Made by a program: the position numbers and the translations under genes. This document shows, piece by piece, positions 1 through 16,772 of a stretch of DNA of 64,000 nucleotides. The notes under the pieces were generated by a model. The model saw only the letters and a list, made by a program, of their open reading frames with translations. It had not been told where the DNA came from and did no database searches. How positions within the stretch are numbered: position 1 is the stretch's first letter; each line of letters opens with the position of its first letter. Source of the stretch: the human T2T-CHM13v2.0 reference genome, Homo sapiens; NCBI RefSeq assembly GCF_009914755.1, contig NC_060933.1; one strand, given 5' to 3'.

Positions 1-477
1 TTTCTTTCTGACTCTGTCCCCCACGACTTCCTGACCCGCCACTTTTCTAGGTTGCTTTTCAACTCTGGCTTTTGGGTTTCTCAACAGTTCTACCTGTAGC
101 CTCTTATTCAGCGCTCCAAGCTCCTCCCCTCATTTGCTCCCTGGACAGCTGGATTCTGCAGGTTGAGGTATTTCTATTTCTCTCAATACCCATTTATTAT
201 AAAAGATATTTGAATATATCTGGCAATCTGAAGAACAGTTTCCATTTTATGGAAGGGGATGTTGAGATAGAAAATCAACTTTATGTGTGCATTGGTAAGA
301 TCATAAAGGGCATCACTGCTATTTCTTGAAGCTTCCTAAAAGCTATCCTTCTGCTTGGCTGTTGTTCGATGTTGCATTTACGAGAAATCTGCAAAGAGGC
401 AGATTGGCAGTCAGAGATTACCTAACAGGATAACTGTACCTTGGTGGAGTCAGCACAGATCAAAGATTATCCAGTTC

Positions 478-789
<312 letters not shown>

Positions 790-924
790 TTATCCAGTTC
801 TTCAATATGTGATGATAATAGTTAATATTTATATAGAAACCATCAAATTGATTTACATATAAAATTCATTTAATCCTCTCAACAATTCTGTGATGTAGGT
901 ACTCTGCTTTATAAGATCACTTAC

Positions 925-1223
925 TTTTTTTTTTTTTTTTTTTGAGACACAGTCTTGCTCTGTAGCCCAGCTGGAGTGCAGTGACGTGATCTTGACTCAC
1001 TGCAACCTCTGCCTCCTGGGTTCAAGCAATTCTCCTGCCTCAGCCTCCTGAGTATGTGGGACTACAGACACGCAGTACCATGCCCGGCTAATTTTTGTAT
1101 TTTTAGTAGAGACAAGGCTTCACCATGTTTGCCACTCTGGTCTTGAACTCCTGACCTCAAATGATCCACCCACCTTGGCCTCCCAAAGTGCTGGGATTAC
1201 AGGCATAAGCCACTGCACCTGGC
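925..1223 (-). mobile_element. Alu
   Basis: polyT followed by reverse-complement Alu consensus. Confidence 0.9.
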
Positions 1224-1756
1224 AGGTCACCTACTATTTTATAGTGACAAATTTTCCAGGAAAGTCTCAATTTCAAAGATCTTGTTTCATTATTCTCATT
1301 AGCTATCAAAATACTTGAGAAGTTGCAATATTTTAGCACCTGAACTGCATCATCCAGACTGCCTCTACCATCAGAGAGTGGATCCCAAATACATTTTATA
1401 CTATTTATCCTAATTTTTGGCTCAGAAAATATGGTCATATTAATAGAATGATTTCAGTGTAGCTACCTACCCATGCCAACTTCTGGTGAATACCCTCACT
1501 TACAGCCCTTGCTTGTGCCAGGTGGCTATTTTTGTACCGGGTGATACTGCCCCTCCATCTCATAACAGCTGATTGGATCGGAAGTGGACTTCTAATCCGA
1601 AACTAGTCAATTCATAGATTGCCGTCTTGTGTCCTGGCTTGAAACAATGGATTGAGCCCATAGGTTTTGTCTGGGTAAATATGAACCAAGAGACAAGGAG
1701 GAGGTTTCCTTGTTGACCTTGGGCTGTGGTGTCTATGATGACCAAGCACAGCATCA

Positions 1757-2463
<707 letters not shown>

Positions 2464-2799
2464 CCCCAGTGGCTTTTAAGTTCCTTGAAGTCCTTCTCAA
2501 TTTGGGTTCCTATCTTTCAACACCTAAGATTCAATAAACAGCCTTCTCCTGTAGCAAGTTTGGATGAGTCTCTGTTCCTTGCCACCAAAAGAGCCTGAGA
2601 TGAAAAGAGCCTCTAATATCCATATATAATTAGACTTTGGGGAGACTGGATTTGCCAGTTAAAATCATAACGGACAGATGGATAAGCTAAACACCAATTG
2701 ATTAATTTTCAAAGACAGCTGTACTTTCATCGCAGAATTCTAGAGTGTTGAGAGTTGGATGTTCAGGGCATTTTCCCTCATTTAAGAAAATTTTGTCCT

Positions 2800-3443
<644 letters not shown>

Positions 3444-4371
3444 AGATGTCGTTGAAATCAACTACTATATCAAGACTGCTTGGTGAGCCTGGATCCTAGC
3501 AAAAAAGATACAATATGTATAGCTATTCTCAGCAACCTGTGGAGCGCAATGCATCACTCATCTCCATCACAGGAATGGATCTCCTGAAGGGACCCTCCAG
3601 CATTTGAAAAAGGGACAAGTCACATGGATGAGTTCTTTATGGTTTTCTTTTCCTAGACTCTGTGTAGACGCTGCCCTTCTGTTAACACTTTCTACAAAGA
3701 AACTGTAATAGCTTTATTATTGATAAAATAGCTCACATTTATTGAGTGTTTTCTCTGTGTTTTCAAGAAACCTATTTAATTTGATGTAAGTGATCCAAAG
3801 TAAAAAAAAAAAAAAAAAAAAAGAAAAAGAAGTCAGTTGTCCAAGGTAGCATGCAGAACTAAGTCAGGGATCAAGGAGAGAGCTGGGAAGGCAGCCACCA
3901 TATTGCAGGCCTGAGTAGTTACCCTGCCCCATTAGTTTTTAAGATAGTCTGCTCTCTTTGTTTGAGGAGAGACACGTGACTAAATTTGAGTTTCCCATGT
4001 CTCCTTAGCAGTACACCTACATGTGGCTCATGTCAATCACCATTATTTATTTATTTATTACAGCATTAATTTTTTTATTTTTAAAATTTTATCTGTTTAT
4101 TTATTTTGAGACCAGGTTATGAGACTGGCTAATTTTTGTATTTTTGGTAGAGATGGGGTTTTGCCACGTTGCCCAGGCTGGTCTTGAACTCCTGGGCTCA
4201 AGCGATCCACATGCTCCAGCCTCCCAAAGTGCTGGGATTACAGGCATGAGCCACAATCTTCATTATTTAAATCAATAAAATAACACTGATCATTTGCTGA
4301 AGTTAAGACTAGAAGCTTTTATCTACCCAGCCAGGTAGGCATCATATTCCCATCTTAGAAATGAGAAAACT

Positions 4372-4701
<330 letters not shown>

Positions 4702-4988
4702 TTAACTTAGTTCACGTTTATCTAGTGCTTTTTCCACACTGTATCACTTTATCAATCAAATTTCCAATCTGAATTGACCTTCCAATGTCACACCCCAATA
4801 GTTTTCCCTTGACCGTATCTGCATGTAAGAAGGGAATCTTCATGGACTTATAATATGGCACTAAGTGGAAAACAAGTGTAAATGATGTACAGCCTTGGCT
4901 TTCGGTGTGGTATCATAGCTTGTTTGCTAGCACATTGTAGCAACTCCCCTGGCATAATTTTAGTTTCCAGGCTCTCTGGACAATTTCA

Positions 4989-5336
<348 letters not shown>

Positions 5337-5519
5337 TTAGGGTCTTTATTTTTATTGGTGCTTCTGCCCTGGATTGTTTTTTGAGGGAAGAAAGAAAGGG
5401 TTGCGTGATTCTTTGTACATAGTGAAAACCTAGATCAGTTTTTACTTTAGGGCTATAGATAGTGGGAGTTGGGAGGGCAAGCAATAGTCTCAAAAATGTT
5501 CAAGGAATTAAAACACAAA

Positions 5520-6182
5520 AACGGAAAATTGCAAGTGTTGACAAGGTTGTGGAAACTTGGAACCCTCAAACATTGGTGATGGGAATGTAAAATGATTCAT
5601 TCAGCTGCTGTGGAAAACTTTTTGGCAGTTCCTGGAAAAGTTAAACATAGAATTACCCTATGACCCAGAAAGTCCACTCCTAGGTATGTATCCAAAAGAA
5701 CTGGGAACAGGTACTCAAATATGTGTACAGGCATGTTCAGAGCAGCACTATTCACAATAGCCAAAAGGTGGAAGTAACCCAAATATCTATCAAGGGATGA
5801 ATGAATAAACAAATTATAATATACACATACAATGGGATATTAATCAGCCATAAAAAGGAATGAAGTACTGATCCACGCCTCAACATGGATGAATCTTAAA
5901 TACAGGCTAAGTCAAAGAAACGACACAAAAGGCCGCATATTGTATGGTTGCATTTATATGAAATACCCAGAAAAAAGTAAACTCACAGAGATAGAAAATA
6001 GCTGAGTCGTTGCCAGGGTCTGGAGGAAGGAGGGACTGGGGAATTACTGCTTAATGGAGTATGGATGTTTCAGAACTAGATAGAAGTGGTTGCTCAACAT
6101 TATGAATGTAATAAATGCCACCAAATCGTTCGCTTTTAAGTGGTTTATGTTATGCGAATTTCACCTCAAAAAAAAAAAAAAA
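5520..6182 (+). mobile_element. L1 3' fragment (L1MB-like)
   Basis: Typical L1 ORF2-end/3'UTR text (gcagcactattcacaatagccaaaaggtggaa, aaaaggaatgaagtactgat) ending in an A tail. Confidence 0.85.
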
Positions 6183-6799
6183 GTTAAAAAGCCTTCTCTG
6201 CCTTTCTCTGGAGTTGGAGTCTTCCCAATGGATCCAGGGCAAAAGAAACATCCAGCCACTCTGTTTGCGGGAGGAGCAAAGGGTGGCTTGTCCCGACAGT
6301 TTGAGCTGTTGTGCATGCATTTACACACGCATTAATTCCAAATGAGTCAGCACAGTGTCCGAGACAGGTCCTGGGCTCCAGTGAGCACAGTCGCTGTCCT
6401 GGGGGAGGCACGTTCCGCAAATTAACAGAAGTTCTGATAAACTCAGCATAGGGGGATTCGCTGTCCCAAGTATCAAGGAGTCCTAAAAGAAAAGGGCCTA
6501 TTTCAGTCGGGGGACCTGGACTGAACTAACTCGTGTTCATGGCCGCCAAATCCCGTGTGACAAATGTATTCTTTTGTTGTTCATAGAAATAAAACAGTTT
6601 TTCGGGCCGCTTCAGGAGCTCCTCTGCAAAGGTGGGGAAAAAAGGCAACTAAATCAGCACGAGGACGTCAGCCCGAGGATGTCAGGAGCGGGGTCGGTGC
6701 GGACGGGCAGGTGGGCAAGGGGGGAACCCCGCGCCCCGCCCCAGTCCCCTGGAGGCCGGCGGCCGCAGCTCGGGGAAGTGGGGACTGGCGCGGGGCCGC

Positions 6800-7062
6800 G
6801 CTCCCGCCCTCCTCGGCGGCGCCGACGGACCGGCAGGCGGCGGGCGGTCCGCGAGGGGGCGGCGGCGTCCGGGCTTTGTGGCCGCGGCGCGCGCGGCGGG
6901 GCCTGGCCGGCCGGGGGCGCGCCGCCGCCGCCGCCGCCGCCCGGCGCTCGGGAGCCCGCGGCCCTCCCGGCCGCCCTGCTTGCGAGAGGAGCCCAGGCCG
7001 CCCGCCCTCGCGCCTCGCCGGCCCCTCCCCCGGTCGCCGCGGCTGCCGCGCCGCCGCTGCAG
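6800..7062 (+). other. MSANTD3: MSANTD3 non-coding exon 1 (start approximate)
   Basis: Donor CTGCAG|GTAGGA at 7062/7063 within the CpG island; TSS cannot be read from sequence. Confidence 0.7.
6921..6941 (+). repeat. (GCC)7 trinucleotide repeat
   Basis: gccgccgccgccgccgccgcc read directly. Confidence 0.95.
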
Positions 7063-9268
7063 GTAGGAGGCTCCCCTTCCGGGCGGGCCGCAGCCGGGCG
7101 GGGGCGGGGGTGGGGGGCGCGGGCCGGGCGTAGAGGGGGCCGGGGGCCGGCATGGAGGGTTTTCGGGCCGAGCCGCTGCGACCCCGGCCTTGCAGGCTGG
7201 GCGCCGGGCGGCCGCCTCTGCGCGCCGCGATGGGACTCGGTGAGTAGGGCCGGCCTGCTGCCTACAAAGCCCCGGGGCGCGGGCCTCTGGGGTACTCAGT
7301 GGCGCGCCCACGGCTGGGAGCGGGGTGGGCTTTGGACTCCCGGGCTCGGGGAGCTGCTCGGGGGGAATCCAGGTGACCTGCAGTACCGCGGTCTTCCCAT
7401 CCCGGCGTCCCCACTGTGTGCTGATCACTGTGCTCGGCGCTTTTCCATACTTGTCTCCTTTAAGACCTCCAGTGCCCCGCCCGTCCAGAGTGTAACGGGA
7501 GGGATCCCTCACTTGCAGGATGAAGGCCGAGCATCACATCCTTGCTTGACTGACCTTGGGAAAGCTCCTTTACTCCGAGCCGGGGCTACTGTTTCTGTAA
7601 ATTAGAGGCGGGGGTCGGGGGGGCGTGGTATAATATCTACCCTCAGGTACTATTGTGAAAGATAATGTATGTAAATGATAACAGCTAAATTTTGAGCACT
7701 CTGTATGTACCAGGCCCTAGGTACTAAACAGTTGGCATGAATTATCATTGAATCATCACCCTGGCGCTGTGAGGTAGTTACTGTAAATTGCATGAATAAT
7801 CTTTATTTAGGAGTACGAAACAGTGAAGAATTTAGTCTCCCTATTCCGATTCAGGAGGTTGGGTATTTCTTAGGCGTGATAACATTTAACATTACAGACG
7901 TTCCTGCAGTATCGAGGAGAGTAGTTATAGGATGCAGGGATATATTTGTCATACATTTAAAACTGGAGGTAGGATAATATCAGGGCCAGAGAGTGTGCCT
8001 TTCAGCATGTCAGAGCAGATGATTGTATTCCAAGGAAATTGCTGAATATTAATTAAAAAACATAGTTTCTGAGTTAGGATTGAGGATGGCTGTGGGAGTC
8101 CGGGGCCAGAGAGAGACATGGGATGGACAAGGGGGAGAAGAAGGATTCTGAAGTCCTGGAGGAAGATGTAGAGGAAGGCACCAGGGTTCACCATCCCTCC
8201 CCTGCAGCATTGCTGGGCCAGATTTCATCCCTCCCGTAGAGACCCGGGCTAGGGGACAAAGGCTGCTGGGGCAGGGGGTGGGGAGGGATGTTATAGGTTG
8301 TCTCTTTTTACTCCCAGGCCGCCAAAAATATTCAGATTGATGGAGGGTCAGGTGATTGGGCCTCCTAAAATGCCATTATCCCTTCTCACAAAATTCTTGT
8401 GTTTCAGGGCATGGGGATGCTTGCCAGCCCTAATGGTTGATGAGATGCTTAAAATACAAAGGTCTCACTGATATAATGGAAGAGTGCATTTTCAACACCA
8501 TTCACTGGGTTAGAGAAGTAATGGGCCTGAGGAGATTATTTTGGGTTTAGAATGGGGAGAACTAAAAAGGCTTTGGATCCTGAAGAAGGAAGAGAGGCAG
8601 GAAGGGCCCAGGCACTGCACCTGTGGGGAAAGGCTGGAGAAGAAGGAGCTGAGGACTTCACCCCACCATCTGCAGAATACCCAACAGGCTGTTCAGTTCT
8701 CAGCTACCAAGGGGGCACCCTTTCCTCTCCCAGTTGGTGATGATTTGTTAACGTATTGTGGAAGATCAAGGGCTGGACTCAGGCACTCCTGTCCTGAGTG
8801 AGTAGGAAAGACGTCTGGGAGAAGGGTGGTTTATTTTGTTTTTAACCAGGCATTGAAGCAGAGAGTAGGTGGGTACGTAGCGATGGTGAAGGTAGGGAAC
8901 ATCATGCATACTTGGAAGAGCAATTGCTTTGGAGAGATAGACAGTTTGGGGTTTGAATCCTAGCTCTGCCATTTCTTAGCTTTGTACATTTTTTGTGAGG
9001 ATAAAATAATGTTTTTTCACATATCTGGCGTGCAGTTCAACAAGCACTAGTACCGTATTCCCTGTCCGTGATAACATTCATTCAACAAATGTCTGCTGAG
9101 CACCAGTCATGTGCTGAGTCATATGTTACATCCTGGGGATACAGCGATGAGTCAGAAATTATGTATTCCCCTAGGAATTTCCCAGTCCAGTGTGGGAGAT
9201 GGACGCAAAGAGCAAATTGCAAAAAATATGGGAAGTGCTACAGTACAGTCATGTACAACTGTCAGTGA

Positions 9269-9671
<403 letters not shown>

Positions 9672-9934
9672 TGACACAGGTTTTGAATGCTCCTTTACCA
9701 CCTAACTTTGATCTCTTTTACCTTTGTCTTATCTTTGCCCTGCTAGTCTCTCCTCTCTCTCTCAAAAAAAAAAAAAAAAAAAATCTAGTTGCAGTGTGTG
9801 TGTAATTTGTAAGCTGCTTCAAACCCATTTTAGAAGGAAGCCGTTATAAAGAAAATAAACATAACAGACTGGGTATTAATTGAGGAAGGCTTAACAAAAA
9901 TTGCATGAGAGTTGGGCTTTGAAGATTGAAAATG

Positions 9935-10010
9935 GGCCAGGCGCGGTGGCTCACGCTTGTAATGCCAGCACTTTGGGAGTGAGACTCTGTGTCAAAAAAA
10001 AAAAAAAAAA
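9935..10010 (+). mobile_element. Internally deleted Alu with intact TSD
   Basis: Alu 5' end joined directly to Alu 3' end and A tail; agattgaaaatg at 9923 and 10014. Confidence 0.85.
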
Positions 10011-10649
10011 GAGAGATTGAAAATGGGCCCTTGGTGGCCTTGGGGTAAAGGATTCCAGCCAAAGGAAGCCGCGTGTTGAGTTTGGTCTGGTTAGGTTGAA
10101 AATACATGGAGAGAATGAGGGGCTGGTGGGGGTGCTATAATCAGGACCAGATCCGGAAAGGCCATGAATGCCATGTGAAGAGTTGGGACTTTTATCGTTT
10201 AGGCAGTGGGAGAGACGTCTGAGGTTTACAAGGAGGCCTGTGGCTTGATCACTGTGTTTTAGGAAGATCCCTGTAGTTGTGTGGAAGAGGGTATGGAAGT
10301 TTGGGAGACCATTTTAGAGATTAGCTCTGTCCACAGACATGGGCAGTGAGAATGGGAGAGGAGGGAACAGATGTTTGGGTAAAATGTACCATAGGTCTTG
10401 TTAATTAGTTGCATGTGATTGAAGATTACATTTCTGCTTTGGGAAGCCAAGTTGATGTGGCTGACATCATCAGAAATCAGGAGATTTTGGTGTATGGGGA
10501 ATAATTAGTTTGGTTTTGGCTATGGAGAATTGGAGTTTTCTGAGGTACCCATAGTGGGGCACAGAGGTGGCTGATAGATAATTGGAAATGTGTTTGATGC
10601 TAAGGAGAGAGGTTGAGGCTTGGAAGAGAGGTTCTTCCATCACTGCCAC

Positions 10650-11344
<695 letters not shown>

Positions 11345-13026
11345 TAGTTCCATGCCTCGGAGCTCACCGTCAGATAGGGAGAGCCTTCAGGATATGGATA
11401 GATCTCAGTGCAGAGTAATTCTGAGTGCTGCAAGAGGTAAATACTTGGTACCCTTGTCCTAGAGAAGATTTGAGAGCCGATGGTTGTAGCTGAAGTGGTG
11501 GGAGTGGAGGAGAGTGTATTCAGTAGACGAGAAGGAGGCTGGAGTGGGAACACCTACAGAAGGGGACCTTCTGTTTTTCAACACTGCTTTCTGTGGAAGA
11601 TACCTTAATAATGATTCCAAAGGCATTTCAGGGAAGCCGTGGGTGGGGATGGTTTAAGATGGAGTGTGGGGAAGGGGAAGGACGGGGTTAGGACTTTAAG
11701 AACTCTCATCTGGTTTATAGAGGGGACTGTGAGGATGGGAAAGTGGGGGAGACCTGGCTTTCAACACAAGGCTGGTTCTGCATGCACACAGTCACACTCA
11801 GGCGCAGATGATGAAAATAAACACTTCCAAGTTACATGGCTGCCTGGAGTGGGTGGAAAAGTGGTAGAGAGGGAATGCATTAGAGAAAGCAAGTTCGGTG
11901 CTAGGCTTGACTGGAAAGCTCTCGAAAAGGAAAGAAAGAAGGTAGAGAGGCAGAGAGAGCTTGGGTGAGTGGCCATCCTGGGCACACAGGTATGTACATG
12001 TGCAGGCAGGTAAGAGTACTGTCCAATTACTCTCACCTCTGGATAAAATGAAATCCTGAAGGCATCATAGTGGTTGTGAGGCTCTTAAAACATTGCCATT
12101 TCTACCTTCTTTGAACTGTAATGATATTTGCAAGAAGGAAACGATTATATTATGATAAATCCTTTGTAAGAGGAGAAATTTAAAATAATAAAACATCTAG
12201 CAATAATCAGTTAAAAAATGCAAATGGCAAGCAGGTTGGTTATGGCAGGTAATTCCACAAATATTTATTGAGTGCTTGATGTACACCAGGCACTCTTCAA
12301 GGAGCCATAGTGAACAGATCAGATCACCTGCTTTTGCCATTTCACCTGGAACTGCTTAACTTGCACAGTTAAACCTGTTTAAAGGCCTTAAGCAAAATAA
12401 CAAGGTCATCTAAAGTGCTGAGATCACTTCATTCTGCTGTAATGCTCTCTTTCATTGGCCAGTAGCTCCACCAGTCTCATAAATAATCAGAAAATACCAA
12501 CTATGTGTCTTTGGCAGTGAACTGTGGAAATTAGATTGCAGAAAAACCATTTTAATGGCAGTGCTAACATGGATGACCAGTACTGGATAGGACTTTAGAG
12601 AATACCCCCTTGAGCTTTATAATTTAGAGACGAGGAATTGACAGCAAGTAAAGAAGACGTGCCAAGACAAATGTCACAAAATGAATGACAGAGTTGAGAG
12701 CAGTGCCCTGGAGTTTTCAAATGGTACAGTCGGGGAGGCTTGAGAGTACCTAGCAAAAAGGGCATCTTGATGGTGAGGGGGTTCTGAAGTGGGAGAGGGG
12801 TTGGAAAGCAAATGATGAAGCCTTGATTTCAGACTCTTCTCTGTTACTAGGGCCTTGGGAAGCCCTGTTTTGCTCTGAGCCTCAGTTTCCTCAACTGTAA
12901 AGTAAGAGGATTAGATTGAGGTCCTTCTTTAAATTTATTTATATTTTTTCTTTTTCTAAAGCTCCACTCTCAGAAGCAGTGGTAGGGTTGGGCTTTGAGG
13001 CCATGGGTCCAAGCCCATGTCCTTAA

Positions 13027-13343
<317 letters not shown>

Positions 13344-13910
13344 AAGGTCCTTTGTAGTTTAAAACAAAGGTTATTTTTGAGATGTTGAGTCAGGAGACAG
13401 GCAAGATACTAGGGTAGGAGACAGCCTTTCTTTAGAGCAAACGGATTGCCCATTACTTTCCAGGCCTTGCTTGTAGGGAGGGCTGCCACGTGTCCTTCAG
13501 TTCACCCACCACTTCTGAATATGTTAAGTCTTTACCTCCCGAGTTGTGGCCCTGCTTTGTCCTCAAGCTAATCTAATTTCAGTCTATTCAAGTAGGAATT
13601 AAGGTTCCTGTTCTAGATCCCCCCAGTTTTGGAGTATGTCCCTAGACTCATCTCTGTCACTGTGCTTATCACACTGTCTCGTCACCAGCCTATCCCACAA
13701 TACATGTGCATTATGTCTTCATGGGACTCTGATGTCCTCATAGGTCTGTGATCTCCTTGATCTTAAGGAATACCATTCTCTCTGATGCCTGCACAAAGTA
13801 GGTGTTTGGTTAATCCTCATATATCCTACCTGCCTCTGCTTTCTGTTGATCCCCTACCCTACTGTGGACACATATACATCCTGCTCATTTCTTCCTTTGA
13901 AACAGTCTTT

Positions 13911-14210
<300 letters not shown>

Positions 14211-14619
14211 GAAAACAGTCTTTGGTGTATACTTCCTCCTTTCCAATAACATTGTCCCCACTCAGAGTCCAGGCCTTCTCTTATCAATTATTTATCTGAT
14301 GATCTTCTTCAACTCTCTCCATTCATATCCTATACATTCTTAAAGATCTAGCTCAAATGTCCTCTTGTTCATGAAGAATGCAAGTGAACCTCTTCCCTCT
14401 TCTTCATGCTCAAGGTGCTTTGTCCTCTCTTCTGGTGTCTGTTTCAGCGTGCCTCTCATTTTAGTTGTCAGTTTGTGCATGTCAGCGCTCTTTCTAGGCT
14501 GGAGGGTTCAGCCTGTCCTTGTATCTCCCACATACTCTAGAACAGTGCTGAGCCTTTGGCAGGAGTTCATTACATATTTGTTGAATTGTGTGTGTATGAA
14601 ATAAAGAGCCAATAACTTG

Positions 14620-14673
14620 TTATATATACACACACACCATACACACACACACACACGCGCGCGCACACACACA
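14620..14673. repeat. Compound (TA)/(CA)/(CG) microsatellite
   Basis: tatatatacacacac...acacgcgcgcgcacacacaca. Confidence 0.9.
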
Positions 14674-15157
14674 GTATTATTCTACTTTTGGAAGCAGTTT
14701 AATATGGGTGGGAAGAGTAGAAAGAACTAAAATTGATTGAAGCTGTAGTCTGTGTTTCTTTATTCACGTTGCAGGACTTTTGCGCAGAGGGAATGAGGCA
14801 GGGCCGGGATAGCGGGGGAGTAACTCCATTTCACAGATGAAGCATTAGAGGTTGATTGACTTGCCCAAAGTCACACGGTTGGGTGAGGGGTAAAGTCAGG
14901 ATTTGAGCCCGGGTTTTCTGCATCCAGTGTCTTGGTTCATTTCACCTCACTTTAAGATCAGCAGTCTATTAATGTCCTGAAGTCTGATTTTCCAGTGCCA
15001 TAGCTCTTCAGTCATGGTACCCATTGTGAGTATTAACTTCAAAGAACTCCCCTTTCCACAAAGAGCAAGAGATGTGAAATCTTGACAAGTTTCTCTGTCT
15101 TTGCTCAAACTTTAGGACTTAGTTTCACCCTTGGTGGACTTAAAAATCACTAGATGG

Positions 15158-15575
15158 TATATTAGTCTTCTCAGGCTACCATAATAAAATACCACAGATT
15201 GTGTGGTTGAAACAACAGAAATTGGATTCTTGCAGTTCTAGAGGCTGAGAAGGCCAAGATCAAGGTGTTGGCAAGTTAGATTTCATCCTGAGATCTCTTC
15301 TGTTGGCTTGTAGGTGGTGGCCATCTTGCTGTGTGCCATCTTGCTGTGTTCTTACATGACCTCCTCTTTGTAAGCCATTGAGGGTAGCAGGGCACGCCAG
15401 CTTCCTGGTGTCTCTACTTATCAAGGCACTAACCCCACTGGACCAGGGCCCCATACTTATGTCCTTATTTAACCTTAATTGCTTCCTCAGATGCCCAGTC
15501 CCCAAATACAACCACTAGGGAATTAGGGCTTCAACATATGGATCTTGGGAGGACACAGACATTTAGTCCATAAAC
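15158..15575 (-). mobile_element. MLT1-family (ERVL-MaLR) solo LTR
   Basis: tattagtc...ccataataaaataccacaga...aaacaacagaaatt...cagttctagaggctgagaaggccaagatcaaggtg is characteristic MLT1 text. Confidence 0.8.
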
Positions 15576-16443
15576 AGATGAATTTTTGTTTTAAGTTGGA
15601 TAGTAAATGTATGCATTACAGTATTCTGGTGGTTTAGTCAATGTTAGTGTTTTGGAAATTGTGCTAATTGTTTCCTTCTTGTTCTTCTATGGGTGTTGGA
15701 ATTGTGCCTTTTAATTTAGGCCTATCTATGGGTCTTTGCCTAGCCCAAGGGGAACTTCTGTTGCATCTGGATTTTGCTATTTTATTTGACCATTTCTACT
15801 TTAATGCAGCTTTTTTTCATTAAGAGATGGGGTCTCACTGTGTTGTCCAGGCTGAAGTGGGGTGACTGTTCACAGGCACAATCATAGCTCACTGTAGCCT
15901 CTAACTCCTTGGCCCAAGTGATCACCCTGCCTCAGCCTCCCAAGGAGCTGGGACTACAGGCACACCACCATACCCAGCTAATGCAGCCTTTAGTGTACTG
16001 TTTTGTCATGTATGATGCTGTGTGCATGGTGGGCTGTTTTATGCCTATATCAAAATATCTGCATTTATGAAATGTTTACTGAGCGCCTACTTTGTGAGGG
16101 TCACTGGGCTGCTTGTTGCCCTACAACCATGCATAAGAATGGATCATATACTGTCTAGCAGAACAGCAGACACAAGAGATAATGGCTCCTGAGCAGAATT
16201 GGGGACAGGGAAGTCCAGTCTATCCCTAATAAAAGTTGATGCGGCAGGGAACGCTTTTTATGTTGTCATTTATAAACAATTATGGACAATTGATGAATAG
16301 TTTTAAACAAGAGTATCCTTTCTAGCCTCAAAGTTTCTATTAATAAGCATTAATAAGCTTTGCTGGAGAGACCTCTTTGGGAAGTATTTGTTTTTGTGCT
16401 CAAGCGGAATGCCAGCATTCCCCGGAGGCATGGACCATGTTAA

Positions 16444-16772
<329 letters not shown>

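Larger units (their letters stand above)
6640..7500 (+). promoter_or_regulatory. MSANTD3: CpG island / promoter of MSANTD3
   Basis: Very GC- and CpG-rich, GC boxes, CRE-like GACGTCA at 6664, two splice donors inside, upstream of the MSANTD3 coding exons. Confidence 0.9.

Noticed and set aside
6564-7605. Long overlapping ORFs on both strands (up to 343 aa)
   Set aside because: Low-complexity R/G/A/P translations expected from a GC-rich, stop-poor island; no recognisable domain
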